A DNA stretch of 64,000 nucleotides, taken from the NCBI RefSeq assembly GCF_009914755.1, contig NC_060932.1. One strand, 5' to 3'. The DNA is from the human T2T-CHM13v2.0 reference genome, Homo sapiens. Of this stretch, positions 53,071 to 64,000 are shown one piece after another (within the stretch, counting starts at the first letter, position 1; each line of letters starts with the position of its first letter). A program made the position numbers and the translations under genes. The notes under the pieces are model-generated. The model saw only the letters and a list, made by a program, of their open reading frames with translations, had not been told where the DNA came from and did not search any database.

Positions 53071-53780
53071 ATTTGTTCATAATTCATTTTAATAAGCAGG
53101 CAATGGCACACAGGCACTTCAATGGCCCCTATGTTCAGAAATTTTAAGGGGTATTGACGAGACTGCCATCCATTCCTCCTGCCCTGAAATACTCACAGAC
53201 AGGGTCTGAATGAATGGGTTATGATGAAGGAAGGGGCGCTATCTCCAGAAAGCCACCTTTTTCTTTCCTGGTGTCTGTGATCGCGTATTGTCCTCCTCTG
53301 TCACTACGTATTCTTGGTCACCCAGGCAGTTTCCTCTTCCTCGGCTCTCTCCACACTGGCGCTATTCTGTCCTTCACCTGCTTTTTTAGGAAGACACCCC
53401 ACCCCCCACCAGGTGAGTGACAACATCCACAGTTCACTCCCACAGCTGCAGAAACCAGGTAAATGTGGCTATGACACCGGTAGCTCTTCCACCTCCGCCC
53501 TGGCCTTAGACCATGACTTCACTGCCTCTTGGAAATCTCCACCTGGACTGCCCAACCAGAACCTCAAATGCCATGTGTCCCCCACTGAACTCTGGGAGCC
53601 AGGCCCTCCTAATCTCCTTACCACAGAGTAATCTTTTAAGACCACAGACCTGATCTTCTCACTCCTCTGCCCCTCCTGCCCCAATTGTCAAGGTCAAACC
53701 CATCCTGTCCCATCTTTCAGCCCTGCCCTCTGCCCCACATGTGCCACAGGCTTCCACCCGCCATGTACCACCCGTCATTC

Positions 53781-54508
53781 TGACAGAGTCTCACTTTGAC
53801 TAAACTCTACTCAGATTCCTTTGAACTCTCTCCTCAACCAGGCCCTAATTTCTAGGCTTCTACCTTTGTCCCTGCGTTGTCCAATTTTAGTAAGAATCCT
53901 GTTAAGCTGGTTTAACCTGAATCCCCCCAACTTCAGTATCGAATTGAGTTCCCCATCTGCTGCCATCCCCCAGGTGGTCTGATCACCCTGGCGTGCCATC
54001 AGCAGGAATCCTGTTAGGTCACTTTAGCCACAATCCCCCTTACTCCTGGTGTTTCCCCCATAATTTCCATTCACTGACCTCCATCTCCTGCTCCTTACCT
54101 ATGAACTCCCACTTGTCCTTTGCATTCGAAGTTGAGCCTGAATTCTCTTCCCCACTGCAACACCCTATGCAGCAGCTCCCCTGAATCATTTTATTTTTCC
54201 TTTTTTTTTCGGAGACAGGGTTTTGCTCTGTCACCCAGGCTGGAGTGCAGTGGCCCAATCACGGCTTACTGTAGCCTCAACCTCCTCGGCTCAAGTGATC
54301 CTTCTGGCTCAGCTTCCTGAGCAACTGGGGCTGCAGGTATGCGCTACAACACCCAGCTAATTTTTTTTGGAGACAAAGAGTTTTGCTCTGTTGTCCAAGC
54401 TGGTCTCAAACTCCTGTCCTCAAGGGATCTGCCCACCTCAGCCTCTCAAACTGCTAGGATTTCAGGCATGAACCACCATGCCTGGCCATTTTATTTTTTC
54501 TTTAACAG
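53781..54508 (+). mobile_element. MER31-like ERV1 LTR, with an Alu inserted near its 3' end
   Basis: TGACAGAGTCTCACTTTGACTAAACTCTACTCAG start; TTTTAGTAAGAATCCTGTTAAG; GAAGTTGAGCCTGAATTCTCT. Confidence 0.7.
54190..54487 (-). mobile_element. AluJ
   Basis: Diverged Alu dimer. Confidence 0.92.
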
Positions 54509-54551
54509 TTCTCCAAATAGGACTCCAATCTGAGTCCTTCCGCTAGTGCAA

Positions 54552-54713
54552 CAGTTCTCAGCCCTGGCTGCACCCTGAAAACACCTGGAAGCTTCCAGAA
54601 ATACCTACTCGTGCCTGTGTCCCTGTTGAGACCAGCTCAGTGTCAGAATGTGGGTGAAAGAGTTTTCAAACCGCCACTGGTTATTCCAATGAGCAGCCAG
54701 AGTTGAGAACCTG
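54552..54713. mobile_element. MER5B-like
   Basis: GTTCTCAGCCCTGGCTGCAC..CACCTGG...GCAGCCAGAGTTGAGAACC. Confidence 0.7.
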
Positions 54714-57700
54714 TGACCTGGACATCGTCCTCGTTCTCCACCAGGAGAGAGAAAGACATCCTGCCATCCTGCGGAGCTACCTCAAGAGGCTTCGTGTGGC
54801 CCAGACCACCATCAGGGCTTTATTGACACTGGTCTGTCGATATCTGCTCCAAAGGCAGGAGCTCTGGCTTTTCATTCTTTGCATTCCTAGCACAGGCAGA
54901 GTGTCTGACAGCATCTCTCAATGGATTTGACGGCGTCAGAGCAAGCAGGCTGGGGTACAGGGAGATGCTCCTATTTCAAGGCAGGTGGTTGCTATTTCTC
55001 CCCATCTCTAAGGGCGCAGGAGGAATCATGGCATAGTTGTCCAGGTGGCAAAGCCCTATACGTCACCCGTCAGGCTCTTCTAATTTAAGGTACAAGCTCT
55101 GGGCACATAGCTGGCCTGAAACTGGCAGCTAAATGTCACAGTATTTTACTGTATGGCTTCACAGAGCAAGGGGGCTCCAGAGTCACGGATTTCGGGGTGA
55201 CTCTCAGCTCTGCAGGCATCAGAACGTGAATGTGGCTGCAGCCCTCACCCTCTGAGCCCCTGGGAAAGCAGTGGGGATGAGCGTATGAGGAATGTCCTGG
55301 ATGTTCTTCCCATCCCTAATATCCTTTGACGCTCTCACAAACAAAATAAAAATGCTCTGTCTTTAGCTGTGCTCAAGTGAAGCAGAAGTCCCCAAAATGA
55401 AGGTGACAGCAAGCAGGAAGGAAATTCACAAAGGCCATGTGCTCAAAGCACCCTACAGTTTCCCAACGCAGCACTGGGCTTTGTCCATGTAGATTAAGGA
55501 AAGGAAAGCGATCCGATTTGGGGTAGGCAGAAGAATAATTCCAATCCCGCTTCCTGGAATAAGGTACTTTAAATTCCTTTTCACTTCAAGGTGTCTAATA
55601 TGGTTTCCAAAACATTTTTACAAATGTCAAACTCACCGTCAACCTGAAACCACCTGGAAAAAAAAAATAACTGACAGGCAGCTAAATTAAGGAGCTACAA
55701 TTTTGCTGAAGTGTTCCAGCAACCTTTTAAGCCGCAGGAACCAAATTGAAACTACTTCACTAGAGCTCAGAAGCTGCTTGAGTTAGAATAGGCCACAAAA
55801 CCGTCTCTCCTTCACACACAGAAACACACAACACACACGCTTTGAAACTGACCCTGTGCGAGGTGAACCGGAACCTCTTCTCATTGCAGGACCCCATGCA
55901 CCCCACTTTGCATGCTGACATTCAGATGCTTTGGCAAAGTCCTCTCCTGCCACCACCTGTGACCCCCATCTCACACAGGAGCTCCTGTGGAAGCCTGCAC
56001 ATTGCCCTCTGCCCCTGCAGCCTTCTTGCCCTTCCAGATGGCAGCAGAGTTGGCTGGCACCCTTCATGGGACAGTCCTGACTCTGCCATCAACTGGATCT
56101 ATGATCCTGAGCCTCAGATGTTTACCCAAGGGTCAGGTGGGTGAACACAGCATTCTCTCATGCCTGTTTCCGATCTTTAGGGAAGCCCCTACCTCTTGCC
56201 CATTTCAAAAGTGATGGTCCAGGGATTGTCCTCTCACATCCAGCACTGCAGGAGAAGATGAAAGTTTCAAAGAGGAAACCACATTCAGGAAGATGAAGAC
56301 CTGAAAGGGAGCTGGCGGTGGAGGGTGAAGAGTATTATCTAAGGTGGACCAGGAACCGTCAGGGGCAGAGACTGGGTGATTTCAAGCTGCAACACCAGCT
56401 AGTTAGTGGCAGAGTGGGACCTCTTCCCAGCACAGCCTTGTCCTTCCATGACTAAGGAGAAGAGTCCAGAAATGCCATTCTTGCCCCTGAATGACCTTTA
56501 GCCCATTCGAGTCCTTTGTCCTCTGCTAACTCTGAATGCAGAGATGAGGTGTTTGCCTCAGTAACTGTAGTTGGTGGACCCTTAACACTTGTTGGCCAGG
56601 TTTTCATGAGATGCCTTGGCAAAGCCCTCTCCTGGCACCACCTTTACAACTCTAGTTCAGGTCTCCAAATGAGAGGCAGGTGTAGAATGACAGCCTCTGG
56701 ACATTCTGCAAATAGGGCACTCAAAGCCTGCCTCCTTGCAGGTCAAGATGAGCCCCAACACCAGCTGCTAGAGGGACCTTTCCACCAAATGCAGTACAAG
56801 GGCGACTCTGGGTACAGGTGTCTCTTCCAGCAGTGTGGGTTGGGAGATGAAGACCATGATCATGGCTAGGGGTTTTCCTCCTAAAGATTCAAGAGAGCCG
56901 CAGTGCAGGAGGGTATCTGAGGGCAGGGCCATCTTCAAGCCTGAAGGCTCCTGGGCTGCTGGGCCTGCTGGAGGCCTTGGAAGAGCAGCCATAAGAGGGA
57001 AGCCAGCAGCCTCATCTGCTGAAACTAACACAAACAACTGCAGCTCAACCACAGCCAAAGGCCTGCAGCTGCAACAGCCTTGCCCAGTCCAGCGGTCACT
57101 GGGGGCAGTAGAGCTTCTAGAAAGCCACTTAACTTCACTGGGACTCAGTTTCCTCACCTGTACTGGGCAGGAGAACCTTGTACCACGCAGAAAGAAATGG
57201 CTTAGCATTACTATTCTCCAATCACATATTACTTCTTCCAATACGTACTACTCATGATTTGTCCTCTGGAAGTCTGCTCTTGACATGCCTCTAATCCCCT
57301 GGGGTCCCAAGAGTGGCAGGTGCCTGAGGTGGGGCAGGGAACAGATCACCCAGGGTGATTTTTCCAGTCCCTAAAGATGGCAGTGACTTCAGGTGTCATT
57401 GTTACAGCTCCTTGATCTCCACGGAAGCAAAGGTCTCATCAGCTTCCTGAGGGTCTGCCCTGATTCTGCTTTAGCACTGTCATTGGGGCAGCACCTATTA
57501 CCCCTGACATTATGGGGCAGTAGGGAAAAGTGCTCCATCCTGTGGGTCAGTCTAGCAACTCCTGAAAGAATGCCAGAACCTAGAGCCCCACCCACAAGGT
57601 TTGAGGGCATGTGTGTTCGTTCCCACCTCTACCAGCCTAGTCTCCAGGACAGCAGATGGATTTGACTCCATTGTGAAGGGTGATGGAAACTCACTGGGGA

Positions 57701-58129
57701 GGGGCCCGTAGGGTACACCCAGCTCCAGCATCTAGGCCTCATAAGTCCCTTCCTCCCAGCTCTTCCCCTGAAATGTTCTGGGGATTCTGCTCTTCAGGAC
57801 ATGTCCTTTCTGAGGTCCTGGGGATTAGCCCTAAACCAAAAACTTCCTGGCTAATTACTCAGGGTGAAACAAGCAAGAGGAGGTACGGAATGGACTGGTT
57901 TATGTTAGGAATAGGGTGGATCAAAGAGAAAAGAAAGGAGAGAAAAATACTGGGATGAGGGTAAAGCTAAAAAGAGGAACATGGGAGAGTGGGTGGTGGG
58001 AAGAAGAAAAAGGAGAAAAGGCTGTGTTAGGTAGAGGGTCACAGAGGGGAAAGGTTTGGGAGAGACCACTGGGGAAGTCACTGCCCAGGCACCTCTTCAG
58101 AAGCCACAGAAGCATAGGAATAGATATAG

Positions 58130-58510
58130 GATATCCATCAATCCATCTCTCCACCCATCCATCTTTCCATCATTTATCCATCCATCCATTTTCTATCCAT
58201 AAACCCATCCATCTATGCATCTCTTCATCCATCCATCCTTCTACCCATCCGTCCATCTATCCATGCCTCCCTCCCACCACCCATCCATCCATCACTCCCC
58301 CTCCCTCCAGCCTTCCATCCATCCATCTACCCACCCACCCATCCAGCCATCCAGCCAGCCAGCCAGCATTCCATTCCATCCATCCATCTCTCCACCCAAC
58401 CCTCCATCCATCCACCCATCTGTCTGTTCATCCATCCATCCATCCAGCCATCCATGTGTCCATGCATCTCCCTCCTTCCATCCATCTCTCCAGTCTTCTA
58501 TCCATCCATT
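58130..58510. repeat. Degenerate (TCCA)n tetranucleotide array, ~380 bp
   Basis: CCAT/TCCA units with CCAC/CCAG variants. Confidence 0.95.
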
Positions 58511-59120
58511 CAAAAATAATGTATTAAATACTTATTGTGCGCCAAGCATACTACTGGTTTCCAGAGACATAAAGATGAAAAAATGGCCCTCAGTCTAGAA
58601 AAGGAAAGAAATTACTAAATGTAACTGCATATTTCTATCTTGGACTGTCCCTGGAAGAGTCCAGAGTCTACTTTGGGCTAACCAGGGTAACTGCCCAGGA
58701 AAAGAGGCCACACCATCAGCATTTCTCATAGGTCCCTTGGAATAGCCTTAAAGAAAGAAATTTGAAAAGTGAATTGCAATGATGCTCTCAAAAACGATGA
58801 GCCTTCAGCGCCATGGCTCCATCCCACCAAATACAGTGCAGGGAAGGCCCTCTCCAGTTGTCTACCCAAACGCCAGGCCTCCTCCTAACATAGCAGAGCT
58901 TGTCCTAGAAAAAGCTTCCAAAGGAGGTGACCCTTCTGGCTGAATCTTAAATCATGAGTAGGAATCATCCAGAGAGATAAAAAGGAAATAAACATTTAGG
59001 CAGAGGAAACAGCACATGAAAAGGCAGACGAAACAAAAAACAGGCAAGAGAGAGCAGGGCCCATTCAGGTATGCCTGGGATGTGCAGGAGGAGATGTATA
59101 GTAGACAAAGCTGAGGCTAA
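58505..59120 (-). mobile_element. L2 3' fragments
   Basis: CATTCAAAAATAATGTATTAAATACTTATTGTGCGCCAAGCA..; AGGAGGTGAC..GCTGAATCTTAAA..AGGCAGAGGAAACAGCA. Confidence 0.75.
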
Positions 59121-60029
59121 AGACATAAACCAAGAACAAGATGGACATCAGCACTCTCCACCATTTCTCTTTCACTAGAACTTTCTGTTGTTGATTGTGA
59201 TTAGGTTGGGTATTCTCTCTAGCTCATTGTAGGCCCACCCTCTCGTATCGTCTGGCCCAATCAGTACTTATGTCACTAATCTGCCCCTTCTAGGCATCTG
59301 GCCTGAGTTTGTGGTCCATGAGCCAATAATGATGAACATAGTTTGCTATGTCATGAAGTTCGAATTTTATCCCCAAAGCAACATGGACCCACTGATGGAG
59401 CACGCCTGCAGACTGCCACTGGCAGAAGAGATCATGGCCTAAAAGAAACCCTGAGGGTTACCCTAGGCCTGGCCATCCCATACTTAGGAATTTATCCTAA
59501 CAAAATAATCTTAGTGTTATTTACGTGGCCCCAGAACCATTATAGGTCTTGTCAAAACAAAGGGGCTACCACTAGAGGGTGTGCTGGCCAAGCTGAGTGT
59601 CTGGGAGGAGACCAGGGTGCCAGAGGGGAAGAGGGGGGAAGGCGGAGGGGGCATGAGAGGAAGGACTGGCCTTCCTGCTGGGAGACCAGGATGCTCAGGA
59701 AATGACCAGACGGAGGGCCTGGCATGGGGCGAGGCCACAGGCTCCAGCCCAGCCTCAGCCCGGGCTCCCCCTCTGCTGACGCCACCTGCGAGTGAAATGA
59801 GAAAAGACTCGGGTTCAGAACACTGGGGAGGGCAGGGAACGTTCAGTGGTGATCCATCCCTGCAGATTCTGTATCTGTTCTGGGCTGGCTGGATTTTTTT
59901 TTTTTCTTCGTTAAGCAATCTTCTTTGGATCACTTCATGTTGAGGGCTTACAGGGAAGGTTAGGCATTGGGCAGTGGAATTCCCCAAAAGGTGACTTTCC
60001 CTGGGCAGACAGGTGACTTTTCCAAAAAT

Positions 60030-60345
60030 GGAAAGTGGCAAGTCACCAAATGCTTATGGACAGGGCAGCCAGGCCATAAAGCCAGTACATTAGGGAGGTG
60101 TTCTGCAGTCAATGAAAATGACAAATATGAAGGTTATGAAGCAATGGAAAAGACGCACTAATACTGTTAAGTGAAAAAAAGTCCAACATAAGCATGTCTG
60201 CGTAAAAAAATATGCAGGCAAATGGACCAAGGCTGGAAGAGAGATGACAGCAGGTGCTGTGATGGGGCAGTAGGGCTGTGGGTGATTTTTAAGGGCTCTT
60301 TTATTGCTAAGTTGGTGTTTTAATAAGATATGGTTTTAAATAAAA
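60030..60345 (+). mobile_element. Very old L1 (L1ME-like) 3' fragment
   Basis: ATGGAAAAGACGCAC..ATACTGTTAAGTGAAAAAAA; TAGGGCTGTGGGTGATTTTT. Confidence 0.5.
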
Positions 60346-60371
60346 GAGGAACACACGTGGTTAGTCTGATG

Positions 60372-60547
60372 CAGTGGCTCTCACATCTTAGTGTGCCTCA
60401 GAACACTTGCAGGGATTTTTAAACATGAATTACTGGGCCTCACCCCCAGGGTATCTGAGCCAGAAGTTCTGGGGTGGAGCCCAAGAATCTGCATTTTTAA
60501 CAAGTTCCCAGGTGGTGCCAATGGGGACCACATGTTGAGAATCACTG
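60372..60547. mobile_element. MER5A
   Basis: CAGTGGCTCTCA...GAGCCCAAGAATCTGCATTTTTAACAAGTTCCCAGGTG...TTGAGAATCACTG. Confidence 0.85.
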
Positions 60548-62144
60548 GCTGTTGAATGGCCTCTGTGAAGAAGGGACGCGGAGCTGCTGAGGGGGATGTT
60601 AGGAGCCCACGTGGTGAGGCTCTCTCCTGGCCGGGAGATGAAGCCAGCTTGGGTTCTGATGGCCACAGTGAGCCCAGTCTCACCCAGCCTGTTCACCGTC
60701 AAAGTCACCAACTCAGCAAGGTCACTGGAGATGCCACCCTGATAGGAAATGCCTCAGTGGTTCACAGAGACTGAGAATTATCACCAGGGGATTAGCCGGC
60801 AGCCCTCCTAGTTTCTGGGGTGCCATGGGGCCAGACTGCAGGGCTCCCTAAAGATGTTCCTTGGGGCAGCTGCCCACCCAATGAGTCTCTCACTGGGCAA
60901 CAGCTTTTCCCTGTGGTCCCTTAGAATCCAGAAGGAACGCAGGCTGCTAGCACCACAGGGACCCAGAGGTGATCTAACTCTAATGTCAGCTTTCTGTGTC
61001 AAGGCCCAGAGGGGAGAAGCCACACAGCCAGCCTGTGGCAGAGCTGAGACTAGAATCCAGGGTCCCTGATCCCCATCCACAGCCCTTTCTCCCTGCTTCC
61101 GCCCTGTGCCCTCAGGAGTCCACAGAGTTCCTCTGCCAATGTCGAGCCACTGATAAAGACATCTGCTGGCCTGGCCACCCGGGGCCTTTTGCCTTGAGCA
61201 GGTGGTGCTGATTAGAAGCTTCTGTTCTGGGGCCAGAGCTCCCAGTGTGGGAGTCACACGCCTGCTGCCATCACCTAAGCTCAAGCGCAGTCCCTCCTGG
61301 ATCACGGGGGCCTGCACTGCCAGGGAGCTTCCTCCTGGTGAGGCGAGATCTGTGCAAAGTGGATCCCAGCCGGCTGCCCTGGAGACCCACTTGCCTCCAC
61401 ACCCAGCACGTGGCTGTTCACAACCCTCCTCTGAAAGAGTGACTTGCCAGAGGGTGTTTGCCCTGTGAACCCAGCAGAGGTTCCAATCTGATTTTTGAGC
61501 CTGAAATCGGGCAGCTGCAGTGCTGTGAAAGACACAGACCGCTTGCTCCCAAGCTCTGGACACGGGGTTCCAGCAGTCTCCGTGAGCCATTTTGGTATTA
61601 CATCTCACTAGGCAGAGACAAAACCAAAAGTGGAAATTGCAGAGTACACTTCTGGGTAAAAATATGCATACTCCTTACCTCATCCCTCCTAGATGCCCCC
61701 GGCTCTCCCATCCACCCATCCACCCAAAGGATATGGCTACAAGAGAAGCTCTGCCTTCTAGCAGAGTCAGTAATTACTATGTAATACACTTTGGCTTATC
61801 TGCTAATGGAAAAAGACTGCTACTAGTAATATCAGAGAATCTGGTTCTTTATAAAGCAAACTGTGCCTCAAATCAGAAGTCCCACGTAGATGCTGGCAGA
61901 AATCCCCTTAAAGGGGCTTCAGGCCACCTTCCAGTTTGGGATTTTGCCAGGCAAGAATGTCAAATGTAATTAACGTTAAGCCACGCAGGTGAACTGGCCT
62001 GGTTTTCACCCTCTGGTTAGTTCCACCTGTACAGCAGGCAAATCGTTCCAAGAAAAACTCGCGATCATTACGTTCAGTGGGACAGAGCACTATCTCCTAC
62101 CCAGCTGCATAACGTGAATTACTGCTAGAAGTTAGTGCATAACT

Positions 62145-62250
62145 TTGTAGCCCCATTTCTCAGATGAGGAACCTGAGTCAGATCTAGAAGGCTTCAGTGG
62201 CTTACCCGAGGTCACACAACAAAAGAATCTGGGCTAACATTCAGTCCTCT
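62145..62250 (-). mobile_element. MIR core
   Basis: CCCATTTCTCAGATGAGGAACCTGAG..CTTACCCGAGGTCACAC. Confidence 0.75.
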
Positions 62251-62577
62251 TGATCCCTTCCCCGCTTACACCCTTTTTAAAACAGGGTTCACACAAGCTC
62301 TCTTGTTGCCTGACTTCAGTGCAATGATACAGTAAAGAAGGCACCTGCGTATTTATTGTGGCTATGCCCAGGAATACTTGCTTTCACTAGATGAAAATCT
62401 CTTTATGAAACCAAACTTTATATAGTTGTCTTTATATATTCAGCACCTAGCATATCTCAGTTCACTGCATGTGGTCACCGAACACTGGTAGTTCTAAGAG
62501 TTGAACTAGATCACTAAAACTGGTTCAAAAACTCCAAAAAAGTTAAAAATAGGATTCCCTTGGGGTTTAACATGCTT

Positions 62578-62810
62578 AATAGAGGCTACTATTTATTAAG
62601 CACTTACTGTGTGTCAGGTAGTATTCTAAGAGCTTTACCTGGAATAAGTTATTTATCATTTACCAAACCCCAGGAGGCAGGTCCTATCATTACCCTTATT
62701 GTAGAGATTGGGAAACTGAGGCAAGGCAGAGCAGCAATGTGCCATGCCCAAGATCCAAGCCCAGATAATATCACAGCAGAGCCCATGACCTTAAGATGCT
62801 GCTGTCCTGC
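62578..62810 (-). mobile_element. MIR
   Basis: ATTTATTAAGCACTTACTGTGTGTCAGG..GGAAACTGAGGCA. Confidence 0.8.
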
Positions 62811-64000
62811 CTCTAATTAGGTATTTTCTAAATCTGCACTTGATTAAAAATACAGGCGCAGTCCTACAGATGCCTTGCTATTAAGTGAGCCAAATGGCAT
62901 TTGCTGTTCCTGGCTGCATTGTAGAAGCCAGGGATAGGAGAAGCCTCAAGAAACTTGTCAGAAGTATCAATGCCCTAAGAGACATGTGATCGCCCATGTA
63001 CAAGTGGTGCTAAATGTTTCCCAAGTGACTTAGCTAAAGGAATGCATTATCCATCTCCTAAGCAACCATGAGCAGCTCAGATTGTCAGAAATGTGAGTCG
63101 GCCACCCAGAAAGGGAATTTGCTAAGAGAAGGCTGAACCAAATCAAGCTGCACGAAGACGCAATCTTCCCCAGGCCCTTCAGAGGAAAGTCCTGAACCTG
63201 ACCGGGGAGGGGAACAGAGTGATTAATAGGAACTCAAGTTAGTAATCACGCCTTCCTCCCCCATCAGAAAGTCCACACAGAAACCTCCAAAGTAGCACTG
63301 ATCGTATTGACCTAATACTCAATTCCAGTCCAGTGCAAAGAAGTCGGGTCGGGGGAATTCTCTCCTTCAGAGCCACCTAGTCAGGGCAACCAAAGTTACA
63401 GAGAAAAGAAATGACCATGACCAGGCATTTGTGTAAAGTCTCGACCACTTGGTTTCAACCCCCGAAGCAAGATGTTGGTCTTTGAGGTGTTGCAGGCACC
63501 AGCATGGTGTACCTGTGTGTTTTCCCATTTCCACTGGTGATGCGGTCTCATTATTTACCCAGGAACTGCCATTCTGGACAAGCCAATGCCCAGGAACTTG
63601 CTGCTGCTTAGCGAGCATCTCCCTCGAATCCTTGACTCCCTGGCTGGTTGACAGGTTGATAGCTATTGATCAGCTGTTGATAAGGTGCAGCCAGCCCTAC
63701 CCCTGTTCTTCTCGAGGCACCCACAGGCCACTGGCTCCACAAACATCATTCCACTAGGGGCACGAAGATAGAAGCGTAAGCATATTAATTCAGTTTTGCA
63801 AACAAAATTGTGGTCATGCCTCCGATATGAAGGTTCTTCATCTACCTTCAGGGCCAAAGATCCATACCAGCTGTCCTTATGTGGTGTGTAATGCCAACAG
63901 CTCCTGATCAGGCTAAGCCTGATAATCAGTCAGACTGCTACCCAGCAGACGCCAGCCTTGTTTCTCCCTAAATGTTTTGGAGATGGGGAGGATGGAAGAT

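Noticed and set aside
57916-58598. 203-aa and 127-aa H/P/S/I-rich ORFs
   Set aside because: Translations of the (TCCA)n array.
59762-59795. Two adjacent CTCF-like motifs
   Set aside because: Only partial matches by eye; cannot be supported without PWM scoring or ChIP data.
60808-61608. Longest ORF (266 aa, minus strand)
   Set aside because: No recognisable domain; W/C/P-rich composition typical of GC-rich non-coding DNA; overlapping ORFs in other frames.

Overview
Primate (very probably human) genomic DNA from the MSRA locus (methionine sulfoxide reductase A, human 8p23.1). MSRA runs on the minus strand. The only protein-coding sequence I can support is its last coding exon (11033..10869, [54 protein letters not shown]), which the supplied ORF track misses; the 3'UTR and AATAAA follow. 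Positions 11034-64000 are part of the very long last intron and 1-~10290 is downstream intergenic sequence. The rest is interspersed repeats (Alu, L1, L2, MIR, MaLR/ERV LTRs, hAT and piggyBac MITEs) and tandem repeats. All other listed ORFs look spurious. I see no new multi-gene system. The most unusual signals cluster at 18-22 kb: an orphan polyadenylated insertion with a perfect 18-bp target-site duplication (TSD), a local copy of an Alu/L1 chimera with retroposition-like hallmarks, a nested tandem duplication, and an inverted repeat with unique-sequence arms. Also notable are a MER85 element that keeps the CSB-PGBD3 binding palindrome and a miR-124 8mer site in the MSRA 3'UTR. Repeat subfamily calls come from my recollection of consensus sequences, and most boundaries are approximate unless a TSD is quoted.
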